Assembly (NCBI RefSeq): GCF_036365525.1 | Contig: NC_090373.1 | Span: 103,105,692 to 103,169,691 of the forward strand | Length of the DNA stretch: 64,000 nt | Source of the DNA: Heterodontus francisci | Taxonomy: Eukaryota | Reading direction: 5' to 3' | Shown here: positions 11,560 to 24,244 of the stretch, one piece after another | Layout of the letters: each line of letters opens with the position of its first letter | Numbering within the stretch: position 1 is the first letter of the stretch | The notes under the pieces: generated by a model | Database searches by the model: none | What the model was told of the DNA's origin: nothing | What the model saw: the letters and a program-made list of their open reading frames with translations, nothing else | Translations under genes and position numbers: made by a program

Positions 11560-13295
11560 ATCAGCCGTGGGCCAATATCGTGAATGGCTAGCACCGCTTT
11601 AAGCTAGCCTGCACCTCTTTAAGGGGAGGTACACTGTGGCTGAAGCAGGTGCTGGCAGTCGTATAGGAAGTGACTCTGATCTTGGAAAATTGAAGAATGG
11701 TAGTTCATGGGAGACAGTGGGCTCCAAGATTTTGGAAGCTACACAGGAGGCCTTGGTGGAGGAAGTGAAAATGAGGAGTAATGTCCTGTATCTGCAGAGG
11801 GTCTGGAGGCCCTGCCAATGCACGCTCAGAAGGTCTTGCAAGAAGATAGCTGTGGAGGTCAATACCAGGAGATAAGCCCCAAGGACCGGGATGCAGTTCA
11901 GCAAGATGTTCAATGACCTCGCATGAGTGGTCAAGGTCAGTGAATGCATCTTCAAATTCTATATTCTACCACTGCTCCACTAGCCTCAGCTACTGCTCAA
12001 TTCACCACAGCCCCATTACTCTCTATCAAACAGGGCTCATACCTGACGTTCATAACTTCACTTTACCCTCTTACCCATACTTAGCACTGCTACAAGCCTC
12101 AGACCCACATCTCACAACTTACACACACTGCCAGCTGTTCATCCTTGACAGCCACATCAACCAAACAGATTGCAGCACAGTCACTGACACACTTCCCCCT
12201 CTCTTGCAGGTCAAGATGGCGCAGAACCAGAGGCAGAAGGAGCTAACCAGAGGGGAGAGGTGCACCTGCATGTCCGAAACCCCTTACAGGAGATGGTGTT
12301 GGCCATTATTGGAATGTCCATTGCTGAGGTTGTGCCAGTGGCAGGGCTGAAACTATTGAAGATGACAATATGCTCATACCTAATCCTCCTTCTCACATCC
12401 CACTTGCACCTCATCCCATAATGTCTTCTGATTTATAAGCTACAGATGATATAAGCATACACTTCTTAAATTACCCTGAGTCTCCCCTCATCACAAACTT
12501 ACCTTTGTGCCTTTCTCCTTTCAGATATCCAAGAGGCGCTACCTGGCCAGGCAGTGGAGAAACAGCTGGAAGAGATTGTTGATGAAGACATAACATCATC
12601 ACTCAATTTCACACTCGCAGTCACCAGCTCAGATACTGATACAGCATGTAATTTGGAGGATAACATAGAGGCAGGAACTGCATGTAGTGAGATACTGGGC
12701 ATGAATGGGCTGCAGCCAGGGGAGGGGCAAGGATTACACAGGTGCCAGCTCACCAGGAGGCAAAGTCACACACAAGTTCTGCTGTAGAGGACTCAGATGA
12801 GGACTTTGATGGAACAGACTACAGGAGAAAGCTGATGGGTATGCACAACAAAATGCTTGATGCATTGGGAAGCCTGACAGAAAGCCTTCAGTCAATATCA
12901 AGGAGCAAGGAGGGGTCCAGCACCAACCTGGCACAGGGCAGAGCTTGAAGCCCATCCATTCCAGCATGGGGATGGTGGCCAACTCCATTAACATACTTGT
13001 GGGCCCATCAATGATGCAACATTTGATGGCTTATGCTGTAGCTTCTATTACAGCACAAGTTGTAGCCATCCAAATTCTGAGTGCTGCAGTGGAAGCTCAA
13101 ACTGCTCTCATGCAAAGTCAGCTTGCTGCCAATGCAAATTCATACTACTGCTACCATGGCTATGAATTACAGTGTGCAAAGGGACTTGCAGCAAGTCACA
13201 GCAGTCCAGAAATCTGTCCTCCAACGGATTACTAGAATTGCTGAGGCGCCACCCTGGGGGAGTGGCAGTGGTTCCATGGAGCAAAAACCTACAAT
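11560..13295 (+). mobile_element. Decayed PIF/Harbinger ORF2 (Myb/SANT-like DNA-binding protein) with retained introns
   Basis: APRF..EALVEEVKMRSNVLY...KIAVEVN...MFNDL; donor aag|gtcagt at ~11936; acceptors ctcttgcag| at ~12209 and ctcctttcag| at ~12524; frameshifts and stops present. Confidence 0.8.
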
Positions 13296-13309
13296 TATTA
13301 TTAATAATA

Positions 13310-13551
13310 ATCCTGAAACTACCAGATTGTCACAAAAACTCATCTGGTTCATTCATGTCCTTCAGGGGAGAAAATTTGCTGTCCTTACCCAGTCTGGTCT
13401 ACATGTGACTCCAGACTCACAGCAATGTGGCTGACTCTTAACCTCCCTCTGAAATGGCCTAGCAAGCCACTCAGTTCAAGGGCAAGTAGGGATGGGCAAT
13501 AAATGCTGGCCTTGCCAGTGATGCCCACATCCCATGCAAGGATAAAAAAAA
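13310..13551 (+). mobile_element. SINE-B, 5'-truncated
   Basis: Body and tail match 3133-3527; ends in a short A tract. Confidence 0.85.
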
Positions 13552-14746
13552 GTAAATACAGATTACTGATTGGATGGTTGCTGTCAAACGAAGAATTCCA
13601 CAAAACAACATTTAGAAAGGATTTAGAGGAAAATAGGGCACCAGGAACCAGAATGCACATTTACAGTGACAAGGGGTATTCATCCACTTAGTGGTGTACA
13701 AAGCACATTCTTGACTGCTGCACTATAAAAGAATGAGCATATCAAGTGAAAATTACTTTTGAACCCAACAGAGAAGAGGTGAGACAAGCAGCTGGACTGG
13801 TTAGACTAGCCCCTCTGACTGACAGGAAGAAATATAGCATCCTTCAGTCAAATTATTGCTGGCTACTTGTATGGAGTATTTCAAGCATTTGCTCAAATAG
13901 CATCATTTTGCTGGCATATGGCATCTTTCTTTTTAACTTATTCTCAAAGATAATTGACCCATAAATTCAGGCCTTGGTGAAAGAGCTTTTCAAGCCAACC
14001 TTACTGTCCTGATAGTTAACTAAGGGAGCTTGAGGGCAATCATTGCTCTTTTGAAGCATCCTCGAAAAGCTGTGGTTTAAATACTACAAGCAGCTTTCCT
14101 ATTGTCCTAAAGCACAGCTATGTCATTCAAAGCAATGGAGACCAGAAGATTCCTGGTCCCTAGTCTTTGCTGAGCTAACTGATCTTGTTGGCAGGGCGTT
14201 ACTTTGGCCCTCAAACCCCAAGGTCAGACAGCAGAAAACTGGCCAGAGTTTCTTTTGATCATTAACCAATAACTTATGCTGTAAATATGAATGTGCAGGC
14301 ATTGGAGGAGGACAAAAATGGCTTGCATGTAAAGTCTGCATGAGCAACTACCCTGCCTACACTCACTATCAAGGCTCTCATGTGGTCACTTTTATGAGAC
14401 ACGGAATGACTTACAAACTTGGAACTGCACCCCAATCATTTTAGAAGAAGAACGGGGAGACAAGAAAATTGGCATGAGCAAAAAAAAGAATAAAAACAAT
14501 CTGGTGCTGAGGAACCATGGATGTTCCACCATGAAATTGTTGGTAAATAAGTATACTAAGGAGTTGTTTTACATTTGTGAGAAGGATAATGCCTTGGTCA
14601 CAACTATTCTAATTGAAACTCTCATACATGTGAACTATTACTGTAATTTAGGGAAAGGATATAACTCACACAGAATCTATGGACATTGTTACTGTAAGAT
14701 AGGGAATGCAGTTACTATGGCCAGACCTGAACATGCAATGTCTTAC

Positions 14747-14906
14747 CTTACTTAGTGCTTCAGATAATGCATGACTAATATGCTTAAGATATTTTTTTTA
14801 TATATATAAAGTGTATGTGCATCAGAAATTTTCAAGATCCTTATCCAAGTTTTAAAACAATAATTCTTCAACCTTAATGTGATATCCTGCATCTTTTTCA
14901 TTTTGA
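14747..14906 (-). pseudogene. Candidate decayed coding exon
   Basis: Strong donor AAG|GTAAGA; one frame reads QNEKDAGYHIKVEELLF*NLDKDLENF*CTYTLYI*KKYLKHISHALSEALSK; acceptor degenerate (cccttaatttgg). Confidence 0.35.
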
Positions 14907-15906
14907 CCAAATTAAGGGAAAATTTGTCATTTTGACAGTCGGTTTGTTATTACATAGGGTAGACAAAAATATAGATATCAAAAAATGTGACATTTCCATG
15001 ATGATTTTTTTTTAATTTTCGTTTTTGTGATGTGGGCATTGCTGGCTAGGCCAACATTTATTGCCCATCTCTAATTCCCCTTGAGAAGGTGATTATGAGC
15101 TGCCTTCTTAAAGCACTGCAGTACATGTGGTGTAGGTACACTCACATTACTGCTGATGAGGGAGTTTCAGGATTTTGACCCAGTGACGATAAAGGAACAG
15201 TGACATAGTTCCAAATCAGGATGGCTGCCCTTGTCCTTTTAGATGATAGAGGGTGTGTGTTTGGAAGCTGCTGTCTAAGGAACCTTGGTTAGTTGTGCAG
15301 TGCACCTTGTAGCTGGTACACACTGCTGTCACTGTGTGCCAGTGATGGAATGAGTGAATGTTTAAGGTGTTGGATGGGGTGCCGATCAAGCGGGCTGTTT
15401 TTTCCTGAATGGTGTCGAGCTTCTTGAGTGCTGTTAGAGCGGCACCCATCCAGGCAAATGGAAACATATTAATTTTGTCATATGGGACACCACTTGAACC
15501 TTTTTTACTGGACATTGCAAATAACTTGTTGAAAAAAACAAGGGAATTGAGCAGCTGAAAACATGGTTGCACATTTGCATCCTGAGATACATGAATGGAG
15601 AGACAATGGGGGTGCTTCTTGATTCAATTAACAAGATTGATCTGGACAATAGTGATGATCAAAAGACAGCTTTTGACTTTGCAAGAGCCAGAACTCCACA
15701 CCCCACCAAGTATGTCTGGGAGAATCTGACATCCAAAAACCCTCCCAGAAGTTGCTATTTCAAACAAAGAGATGGTCACATGACCTACCTGCTGGCCAGA
15801 CTGGGATCTTTTTTGAATTGTGCCTCACAGAAAGGACAGTCTGCAATTTTGAAGACCAAAAAGAAGGAAGACCTCTCTCTCTGTCTCGCTCTCCAGCAAA
15901 GTCCCA

Positions 15907-15977
15907 AAAAAACATAAATAAATAAAATAAAAATAATAAATAAATAATAAATAAATAAAAATAAATAAAAAATAAAA
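15907..15977. repeat. (AAAT/AAAAT)n microsatellite
   Basis: Direct reading. Confidence 0.9.
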
Positions 15978-15994
15978 CCACGATGGCAGTTGTT

Positions 15995-17870
15995 ACAATG
16001 GAATATAGGAACATAGAAGCAGGAGCAGGCAATTCAGCCCATCGAGCATGCCATGCCATTCAATACTATCATGGTTGATCATCCACTTCAATGTCTTTTT
16101 ACCACACTATCCTCATATCCCCTCATTGGTATTTAGAAATCTGTCAATCTCTGCTTTAAACATACTCAATAACTGAACTTCCACAGCCCTCTGGGGTAGA
16201 GAATTCCAAAGATTCTCAACCCTCTGAGTAAAGAAATTTCTCCTCATCTCTGTCCTAAGTGGCTTCCCCCTTATTTTTAAATTGTGTCCCCTGGTTCTAG
16301 AATCCCCAACCGGGTAAACATCTTAGCCGCATCTATCCTGTCTATCCCTTTAAATATTTTGTAGGTTTCAATGAGATCACCTCTCATTCTTCAAAACTCT
16401 TGTGAATATAGGCCCAGTTTCTCCAATCTCTCTTCCTAGGACAGTCCTGCCATCCCAGGAACAAGTCTGGTGAACCTTCGTTGCAATTCCTCTATGGCAA
16501 TAATATCCTTCTTAAGGTAAGGGGACCAAAACTGCACACAGTACTCCAGGTGCAGTCTAACCAAGGTGCTATACAATTGAAGCAAGACTTCACTACTCCT
16601 GTATTGAAATCCTCTTGCGATAAAGACTAACACACTATTAGCCTTCTTAATTGCTTGTTGCACCTGCATGTCAGCTTTCAGTGACTTATTGACAAGGACA
16701 CCCAGGTCCCTTTGTACATCTACACTTTCTAATCTCTTACCATTTAAGAAATACTCATAGAATTCCTCCTACCAAAGTGGATAACTCACATTTTCCACAT
16801 TATATTCCATCTGCCACGTTCTTGCCCACACACCAAGTCTGTCTAAATCTCCTCGAAGCCACTTTGTATCTTCTTCATAATACACATTCCCACCTAGTTT
16901 TGTGTCATCTGCGAACTTGGAAATACTACATTTGGTCCCCACATCCAAATCATTGATATATATTGTGAACAGCTGGGGCCCAAGCACTGATCCCTGCGGT
17001 ACCCCACTAGTCACAGTCTACCATTGCGAGAATGACCTGTTTATTCCTACTCTCTGCTTTCTCCCTGTTAACCAATCCTTAATCCACGCTAGTATATTAC
17101 CTCCTATCCCATGTGTTTTAATTTTGCGAACCAACCTCCTGTGTGGGACTTTATCCAAAGCCTTCAGCAAATCCAAGTATATCATGTCCACCTACTCCCC
17201 TTTATCAATTCTGTTAGTAACATCCTCAAAAAACTCCAACAGGTTCGTCAAACATGATTTCCCATTCATAAATCCATGTTGATTATGCCCAATCAGATCA
17301 TTATTATCCAAGTGTCCAATTTCACATCCTTTAGAACAGATTCTACCATTTTCCCAATGACTGATGTAAGGCTAACAGGTCTGTAATTCCCTGTTTTCTC
17401 TCTCCCTCCCTTCTTAAATATTGGGGTGACATTTGCGACCTTCCAATCTGCAGGAACCGCTCCAGAATCTATAGAATTTTGCAAGATGATCACCAATGCA
17501 TCCACTATGTCCATAGCTACCTCTTTCAACACTCTAGGATGTAGAATATCAGGTCCTGGGGACTTATCAACCTTCAGCCTCATTAATTTCTCCAATATAA
17601 CCTTCTAACTAATACTAATTTCCTTCAATTCCTCATTCTCCCTAATCCCTTGGATCTCTAATTCTGGGAGATTTCTTGTATCTTCCTCAGTGAAGATAGA
17701 CACAAAGCAATCATTTAGCTTCTCTGCCATTTCTCTATTCCCCATTATAAATTTTCCTGACTGCCTTTAATGGACCCACATTTGTCTGAGCCAAATGTTT
17801 CCTTTTTACGTACCTATAGAAGCTTTTACAGTCCATTTTTATATTTTTTACTAGCTTACATTCATTCTAC
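15995..17870 (-). mobile_element. CR1 LINE, 5'-truncated ORF2 with RT
   Basis: Minus ORFs KSPGPDILHPRVLKE...[20 protein letters not shown]...KFADD and LEYCVQFW; stops and frameshifts. Confidence 0.92.
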
Positions 17871-19463
17871 ACTTCAAGACTACAGACAAATCATATCTTT
17901 GGCCTTCTGGTACCCCCCAGAAAAGCAGCTTGAAATTGTTCACCAGGCTCCAGCGAGAACTCCACGATGTTAATTTCAATTGAGGACATTGTCACCCAGT
18001 AACTGAATTCCATTTATTACAAACTCTACTTCAACCCCCTCCCCCCCCGCCAATTCTTTCTCCCCCTCTGTATCTATTTGTGTGTGTGTTTATCTTGTGT
18101 GCATGCAGGTGTGGTTGCATCGTGTATTTTAGTAATTTTAACCAATTTAGAGTGATAAGGCTAATAAACTTACATCTTTCTTGTTTAAAGCAAAGTCTGT
18201 CGGATTGGTTCATTTGCAATTACAATTAGAGTGCAGTGAGCAAAGACTCGCTAAGGTGGTAAGCTAAAAATCACAATATTTTAAAAGATAAACCCTGTTA
18301 CGGCCAAACGAGGAAATGGGCAAGAGGGGAGCCTTCCTCACCCGGTCATAACACACTCCTGAGTTGTGCCTTGTAGATAGTGGACAGGCTTGGGGAGTCA
18401 GCAGTTGAGTTATTCACTGCAAAGTTCCCAGTCTCTGACCTGCTCTTATAGTCACAGTATATATATGGCTGGTCCAGTTAATTTTCTAGTCAATGATAAC
18501 CCCCAGGATGTTGATGGTGGGAGATTCCATGACAATAATGCCATTGAATGTAAAGGGGAGATGGTTAGATTCTCTCGTTGGAGACAGCCATTGACTGGCA
18601 CTCGTGTGGCACAAGTACCGCTACTTTCCACCAAGCAGCCCAAGGGTGAATGCTGTCAAAGTCTTTCTGCATGCGGGCATGGACTGCTTCAGTATCTGAG
18701 GAGTTGCAACTGGTACTGAACAGTGTGCAATCATCAGTGAACATTCCAACTTCTTATCCTATGTTAGACGGAAAGGCATTGATGAAGCAGCTAAATATGG
18801 TTGGGCCTAGGACACTACCCTGAGGAACTCGTACAATGATGTCCTGGGACTGAGAAGATTGGCCTCCCACAACCACAACCACCTTCCTTTGTGCTAGGCA
18901 TGACTCCAACCAATGGAGCGTTTTCCCTCTGATTCCCATTGACTTCAATTTTGCCAGGGCTCCTTAATACCACACACAGTCACAGCTGCATTGATGTCAA
19001 GGGCAGTCACTCTCACCTCACCTCTGGAATTCAGCTCTTTTATCTATGTATGAACCAAAGGCGTAATGAGGTCAGGAGCTGGGTGGTCCTGGAGGAACCC
19101 AAACTGAGCATCGGTAAGCAGGTTATTGCTGAGTAACTGTTCCTTGATAGAACTGTCACCGACATGTTCTATCACTTTTACTGATGCTTGAGAGCAGACT
19201 GATGGGGCTTTCATTGTCCAGATTGGATTTGCCCTGCTTTTTGTGGACAGGACATATCTGAACAATTTTCTACATTGTTGGGTATGTGGCAGTGTTGCGG
19301 TTGTACTGGAATAGTTTGGCTAAAGGTGCAGCTAGTTCTGGAGCATAAGTCTTCAGTACTATTGCTGGAATGTTGTCAGGGCCCATCGCCTGCTCATTTT
19401 GTACTGCTGTTTTACCATTGCTCATTTAACACTTTTTCTGTAGTCTAAAAGTAGTTATATGGG

Positions 19464-19865
19464 TGGAGATGTTGGCGTAATGGCAATGTCACTGAACTAG
19501 TAATCCAGAGGCTCAGGCCAATTCCTGGGGACTTGGGTTAAATCCCATTACACCAGCTGGTGGAATTTAAATTCAATTAATTAATAAGTTCGATTAATTA
19601 ATAAAAAAAAGCAATCTGGAACTGAAAGCTAGTCTTAGTAATAGTGTCATGAAATTATCATCGATTGTCAGAAAAACCCACCTGGTTCACTAATGTCCTT
19701 TAGGGAAGGAAATCTGCTGTCCTTACCTGGTCTGGCTTACATATGACTTCAGACCTACAGCAATGTGGTTGACTCTTAACTGCCCTCTGAAATGGCCTAG
19801 AAAGCCACTCAGTTGTCTAGGGCAATTAGGGATGGGCAACAATGCCCACATCCTATGAATAAATA
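19464..19865 (+). mobile_element. SINE-B, full length
   Basis: A-box tggcgtaatgg, ctgaa-ctagtaa-tccag arm, B-box-like gggttaaatccc, LINE-B tail. Confidence 0.85.
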
Positions 19866-20040
19866 ATTTATTTTTTTTAATTACCCCCTTGTTGCACTTA
19901 ATAAAGATAAAAGCAGCACTGGTACTAACAGTAGGATGCTTTAACCAGTGAGCTATCTCCAGTGGTGAAATGCTGTAAACATAAGTCAGTTTTGAGGAAT
20001 AAGGAAGATCTTGGGGGGGAAATTAGATTCTGGTTTACAA

Positions 20041-20282
20041 AGAATAAAGAACAAAGAACAGTACAGCACAGGAACAGGCCATTCGGCCCTCCAAGCCTGC
20101 GCCGATCTTGATGCCTGCCTAAGCTAAAACCTTCTGCACTTCCGGGGCCCATATCCCTCTATTCCCTTCCTATTCATGTATTTGTCAAGATGTCTCTTAA
20201 ACGTCGCTATCGTATCTGCTTCCACCAACTCCCCTGGCAGCAAGTTCCAGGCACTCACCACCCTCTGTGTAAAAAACTTGCA
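20041..20282 (-). mobile_element. Young CR1 3' end
   Basis: Reverse-similar to 31000-31233; (aagaaca)n tail. Confidence 0.85.
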
Positions 20283-20394
20283 AAGCCACATTTTAAAAAA
20301 TTGACTAAATTGACTATTAATGGCATTTTAGTCATTCATGTAGGTTCTTGCAAAGCTTCTTGCAGAGTCTTGCACAAAACCTTCAGATACACTT

Positions 20395-23245
20395 TCAGGA
20401 ATAGAAAATCATTTATCACGCTGCTGGGGGTATTCTATAGGTCTCCAGATAGTGAGAGAGAGAGGTAGAGCAGCATATTTTCAGGGTATTCACACAGATG
20501 TGCAAGAACTATAAAGTATGATATTGGAGGACTTTAATTATCCAAATATCGATTGCGATAATGTTAGAGCAAAGGGAAAGGAGTGAGAGGAATTTCTGGA
20601 TTGTGTTCAGGAGAACTTCCTTGATCAGTGTGTTCTCGGCCCAACTGGAAAGAAGGCATTACTGGATCTGGAGCTGGGAAATGAGGTGGGCCAAGTGGAC
20701 CAAGTGCTTGCCGGAGAGCACATGGGTAAGAAGGATCATCGTATCATAAGGCTTAGACTAGAAATGCAGAAAAGCAAGGGGTGATATCAGATAGCATGTC
20801 TAGATTGGAAGACGGCTAATTTCAATGTGAAGAGAAGGAATCTCGCCAGGGTAAAATGGAACCAAAGACTGACAGGAAAAATGATAACGGAACAATGAGT
20901 TATCTTTAAGGAAGAGATGTTTCAGGTACAGGCTAGGTATATTCCAACAAGGCGAAAGGCAGGGGAACCAAAAACAGGGCTCCTTGGATAACGAGGGAGA
21001 TGGAGATTAAGATGAAACAAAAAAGAGGGTGTATGATGCATGTCAGGTGAATTCTTCAAGTAAGAACCGGGCCAAATACAATAAATTGAGAGGGAAATTG
21101 AAGAAGAAAATAAGACTGACAAAGAGAGCATATGAGAACAGATGGCAGTTAACGTAAAAGGAACCCAAAGATCTTCTACTGGCATGTAAATAGTAAGTGG
21201 GTGGTAAGAGGTGGAGTGGGGTCTATTAAGGACAAAGAAGGTAACATATGCTTAGAGGCACAGGGCAAGCTAGAAAACATAATGTGTACTTTGTATCGGT
21301 GTTTACTAAGGAAGAAGGATTTGACAAATTATCGGTAGAAGCGGAGAGAGTAGAGGCAATGGATATGATAAAAATTGAGAGGGAGCAGGATGGCTATGCC
21401 TAGGGTAGATAAGTCACCTAGTCTGGATGGCTTGCATCCCAGGTTGCTAAAGGAAGTGGGAGTGGAGATAGCGGAAGGGCTTGCCATAATCTTCCAATCT
21501 TTCCTAGATATGGAGGAGTGTCAGAGGATTGGAGAGTGACAAATGTGACACCCTTATTCATGAAAGGGTGTAAGGACAGTCCTAGCAAACACAGGCCAGT
21601 TAGTTTAACATCAGTGGTGGGTAAGGTTTTATAAACAATAATCAAAGAAAACAATCAACAGATATCGGAGAGGTTTGAGTTAATTAAGGATAGACAGCAT
21701 GGATTTGTAAAAGGCAGAACATGCTTGATTAATCTAATTGAATCTTTTGATGAAGTAACAGAGAAGTAATTGATGAAGGGAATGGAGTAGATGTTGTCTA
21801 TATGGATTTTAAGAAAGTGTTTGATAAATTACCACATAAAAAGCTGGTTAACAAAATTGAGGCTCATGGAATAGGAGGGTCAGTGTCCAATTGGATCAAA
21901 AAAAAAATTGGCTTAAGGACAAAAATAGCAAGTCATGATCAATGGTTGCTTTTCAGACTGGAGGATGGTAGACAGTGTGTTCCCAAAGTGTCAGTGCTAA
22001 AACCACTGCTTTTTTTTGCTATATGTAAATTACTTGGATTCTGGAATACGGAGTAGAATTTCAAAATTTTCCGATAATATCAAACTTGGAGGAGTGGCAA
22101 ACAGTGAGGATGATATGAATCACCTGCAACAGGACATAGATAGGCTAGCAGAATAGTCAGACAGATGACAGATGGAATTTAATACAGACAAGTGGGAGGT
22201 GATGCATTTTGGCAGAAAGGATAGGGTGAGGCAATATAGATATAATGACACAGTTTCAAAGAGTGTGCAGGAACAGACGGCCCTGGGGGTCGCATGAGCA
22301 TTGATCTTTGAAGTTGGCATGATATATCGAGAGAGTTGTTAACAAAGCATATGGGATCTTGGGCTTCATATCTAGGGAAGATTGGAAAATTATGGCTAGC
22401 TCTTCTGCTACCTCCACTCCCACTTCCTTTAGCAACCTGGGATGCAAGCCATCTGGACTAGGTGACTTACCTACTGTAAGCATAGCCAGCCTTTTCAGCA
22501 CCTCCTCCCTTTCAATTTTTACCCTATCCATTGCCTCTACTCTCTTCGCTTCTACCGATATTTTGTGATATTCCACTTCCTTAGTAAAGACCAATACAAA
22601 ATACTCATTAAGCACTCTTAAGCATATCTTATCTTGAGGGTAAATGCTGGGAAGTTATGTTGAACCTTTATAAAGCTCTGGTTAGGCCCTAACTAGAGTA
22701 TTGCTTCCAGTTCTGGTCACCACACCTTAGGAAGGATGTGAGGGTCCTTAACAGGTTGCAGAGGAGAATTACCAGAATGTTTCCAGGGATGGGGGATTTT
22801 AGATACAAGGTTAGATTGGAAAAGCTGGGGTTTTTCTCCTTGGAGCAAGGGAGATTGAGAGGAGATTTAATAGTGGTGTACAAGATTATGACAGGCTTAG
22901 ATAAGGTAGAAAAGGAAAGACTATTCCCATTAACTGATGATACAAGGACTAGGGGACACAGATTGAAGGTTTTGGGCAGGAGATGCAGAGAAACGTGAAG
23001 AAGAACTTTTTTATGCTGCGAATGGTAATGATTTGGAACTCACTGCTTATGAGGGTGGTGGAAGCAGAAGCAATCAATGATTTCGAAAGGAAATTGGATG
23101 GGCAGTTGAAGGAAATAAACTTGCAGGGAGGGCTACAGGGATTGAGCAGAGGAGTAGGGTTTACTGATTGCTCTGCGAAGAGCCAGCATGGACTCGATGG
23201 GCCAAATAGCCTCCTTCTGTGCCATAAATGACTCTATGACTCTAT
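20395..23245 (+). mobile_element. CR1 LINE ORF2 (endonuclease remnant, RT, 3' UTR), decayed, with an internal inverted insert
   Basis: GVFYRSP, xDFNYP, MDFKKVFDK and RLEKLG...RLRGDLI motifs; tail tgactcta repeats. Confidence 0.9.
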
Positions 23246-23935
23246 AATTCACCGAGATCAAGTTACCGAGAAGAATCTTTATTTGAACTTTTTGACCCAA
23301 CCCCTTCCCCAAAGCTGTTTGATAAATGCTCTGTCATAAAATTCTGCTCATAAACGCTTAACACATTAATAAAAATGAGCCTAAATGTTACCTAATGAAA
23401 GGACTAAAGAATAGAAATAGAAATGCAATGAAGTAGTTATCAGTGCTGAGAAGCAGGCCATACTGTATTTCTCTTTAGTATTACAAAACAAAACAAATGT
23501 TCCATGGTGCCTTTAAACACCTTGCAATTCTTGTTTATCAACAATTAAGCATGATGCTATATTTTAGTTATAAAGCAGGGCTGATTTTTAAAAAATCTTA
23601 ATGAAAAAGGTACATCCATAAGTTTTAATCAAGCCATTATACAGTTTAATACATAAATATAGAGATATTGGCACAATTGGGTAGTCATGCTACGTACAAG
23701 TTAGAAACTGCACACTGTTCAAGGTGATTTGGTGATGATCCTTGTGAAATGGCTGATTGGGGGGTGGGGAGCGCCAAAGGCCTTGCAGATATGCCTGTGG
23801 GTTTTGTTCTTCGTGGAGCAGTGAGGGCAATATTATTTTACAATTCACCTTTGTAATGTATTTGTATTACATGCTAATGATGTGATGATGTCATGACATA
23901 AATAAACACTTCCATGAGCTGGCCATGCTTGGTGT

Positions 23936-24244
23936 CTATAGAGAGATACAGCACTGAAACAGGGCCTTCGGCCCACCATTTATACCAATCCTACATTAAT
24001 CCCATTTTCCCTCTCACATCCCCACAATTCTCCTACCACCTACCTACACTAGGAGCATTTTTTTTTTAACAATGGCCAATTTACCTATCAACCTGCAAGT
24101 CTTTGGCATGTGGGAGGAAACCAGAGCACCCAGAGGAAACCCGCACAGTTGGAGGGAGAACTGCAAACTCCGCATAGGCAGTACACAGAACTGAACCCAG
24201 GTTGCTGGAGCTGTGATACTAACCACTGCACCACTGTGCCGCCC
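23936..24244 (-). mobile_element. HE1-like V-SINE (internally deleted)
   Basis: Same head, V-domain and tail as 9503-9879. Confidence 0.88.

Larger units (their letters stand above)
15461..18352 (+). mobile_element. Solo LTR (5' end lost), interrupted by an A-rich microsatellite and a CR1 (~15905-17870)
   Basis: Both halves are reverse-similar to 41039-41996; AATAAA at ~18163; ends ...cataaCA. Confidence 0.7.
15010..19392 (-). mobile_element. LINE-B copy (15010-15460 + 18353-19392) split by a solo LTR that itself contains a CR1
   Basis: The LINE sequence breaks at ccaggcaaatgga and resumes at cactcctgagttgtgcc, which are nearly contiguous in the 56553-57720 copy; RT motifs VPQGSVLGP and QFGF. 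Confidence 0.85.
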
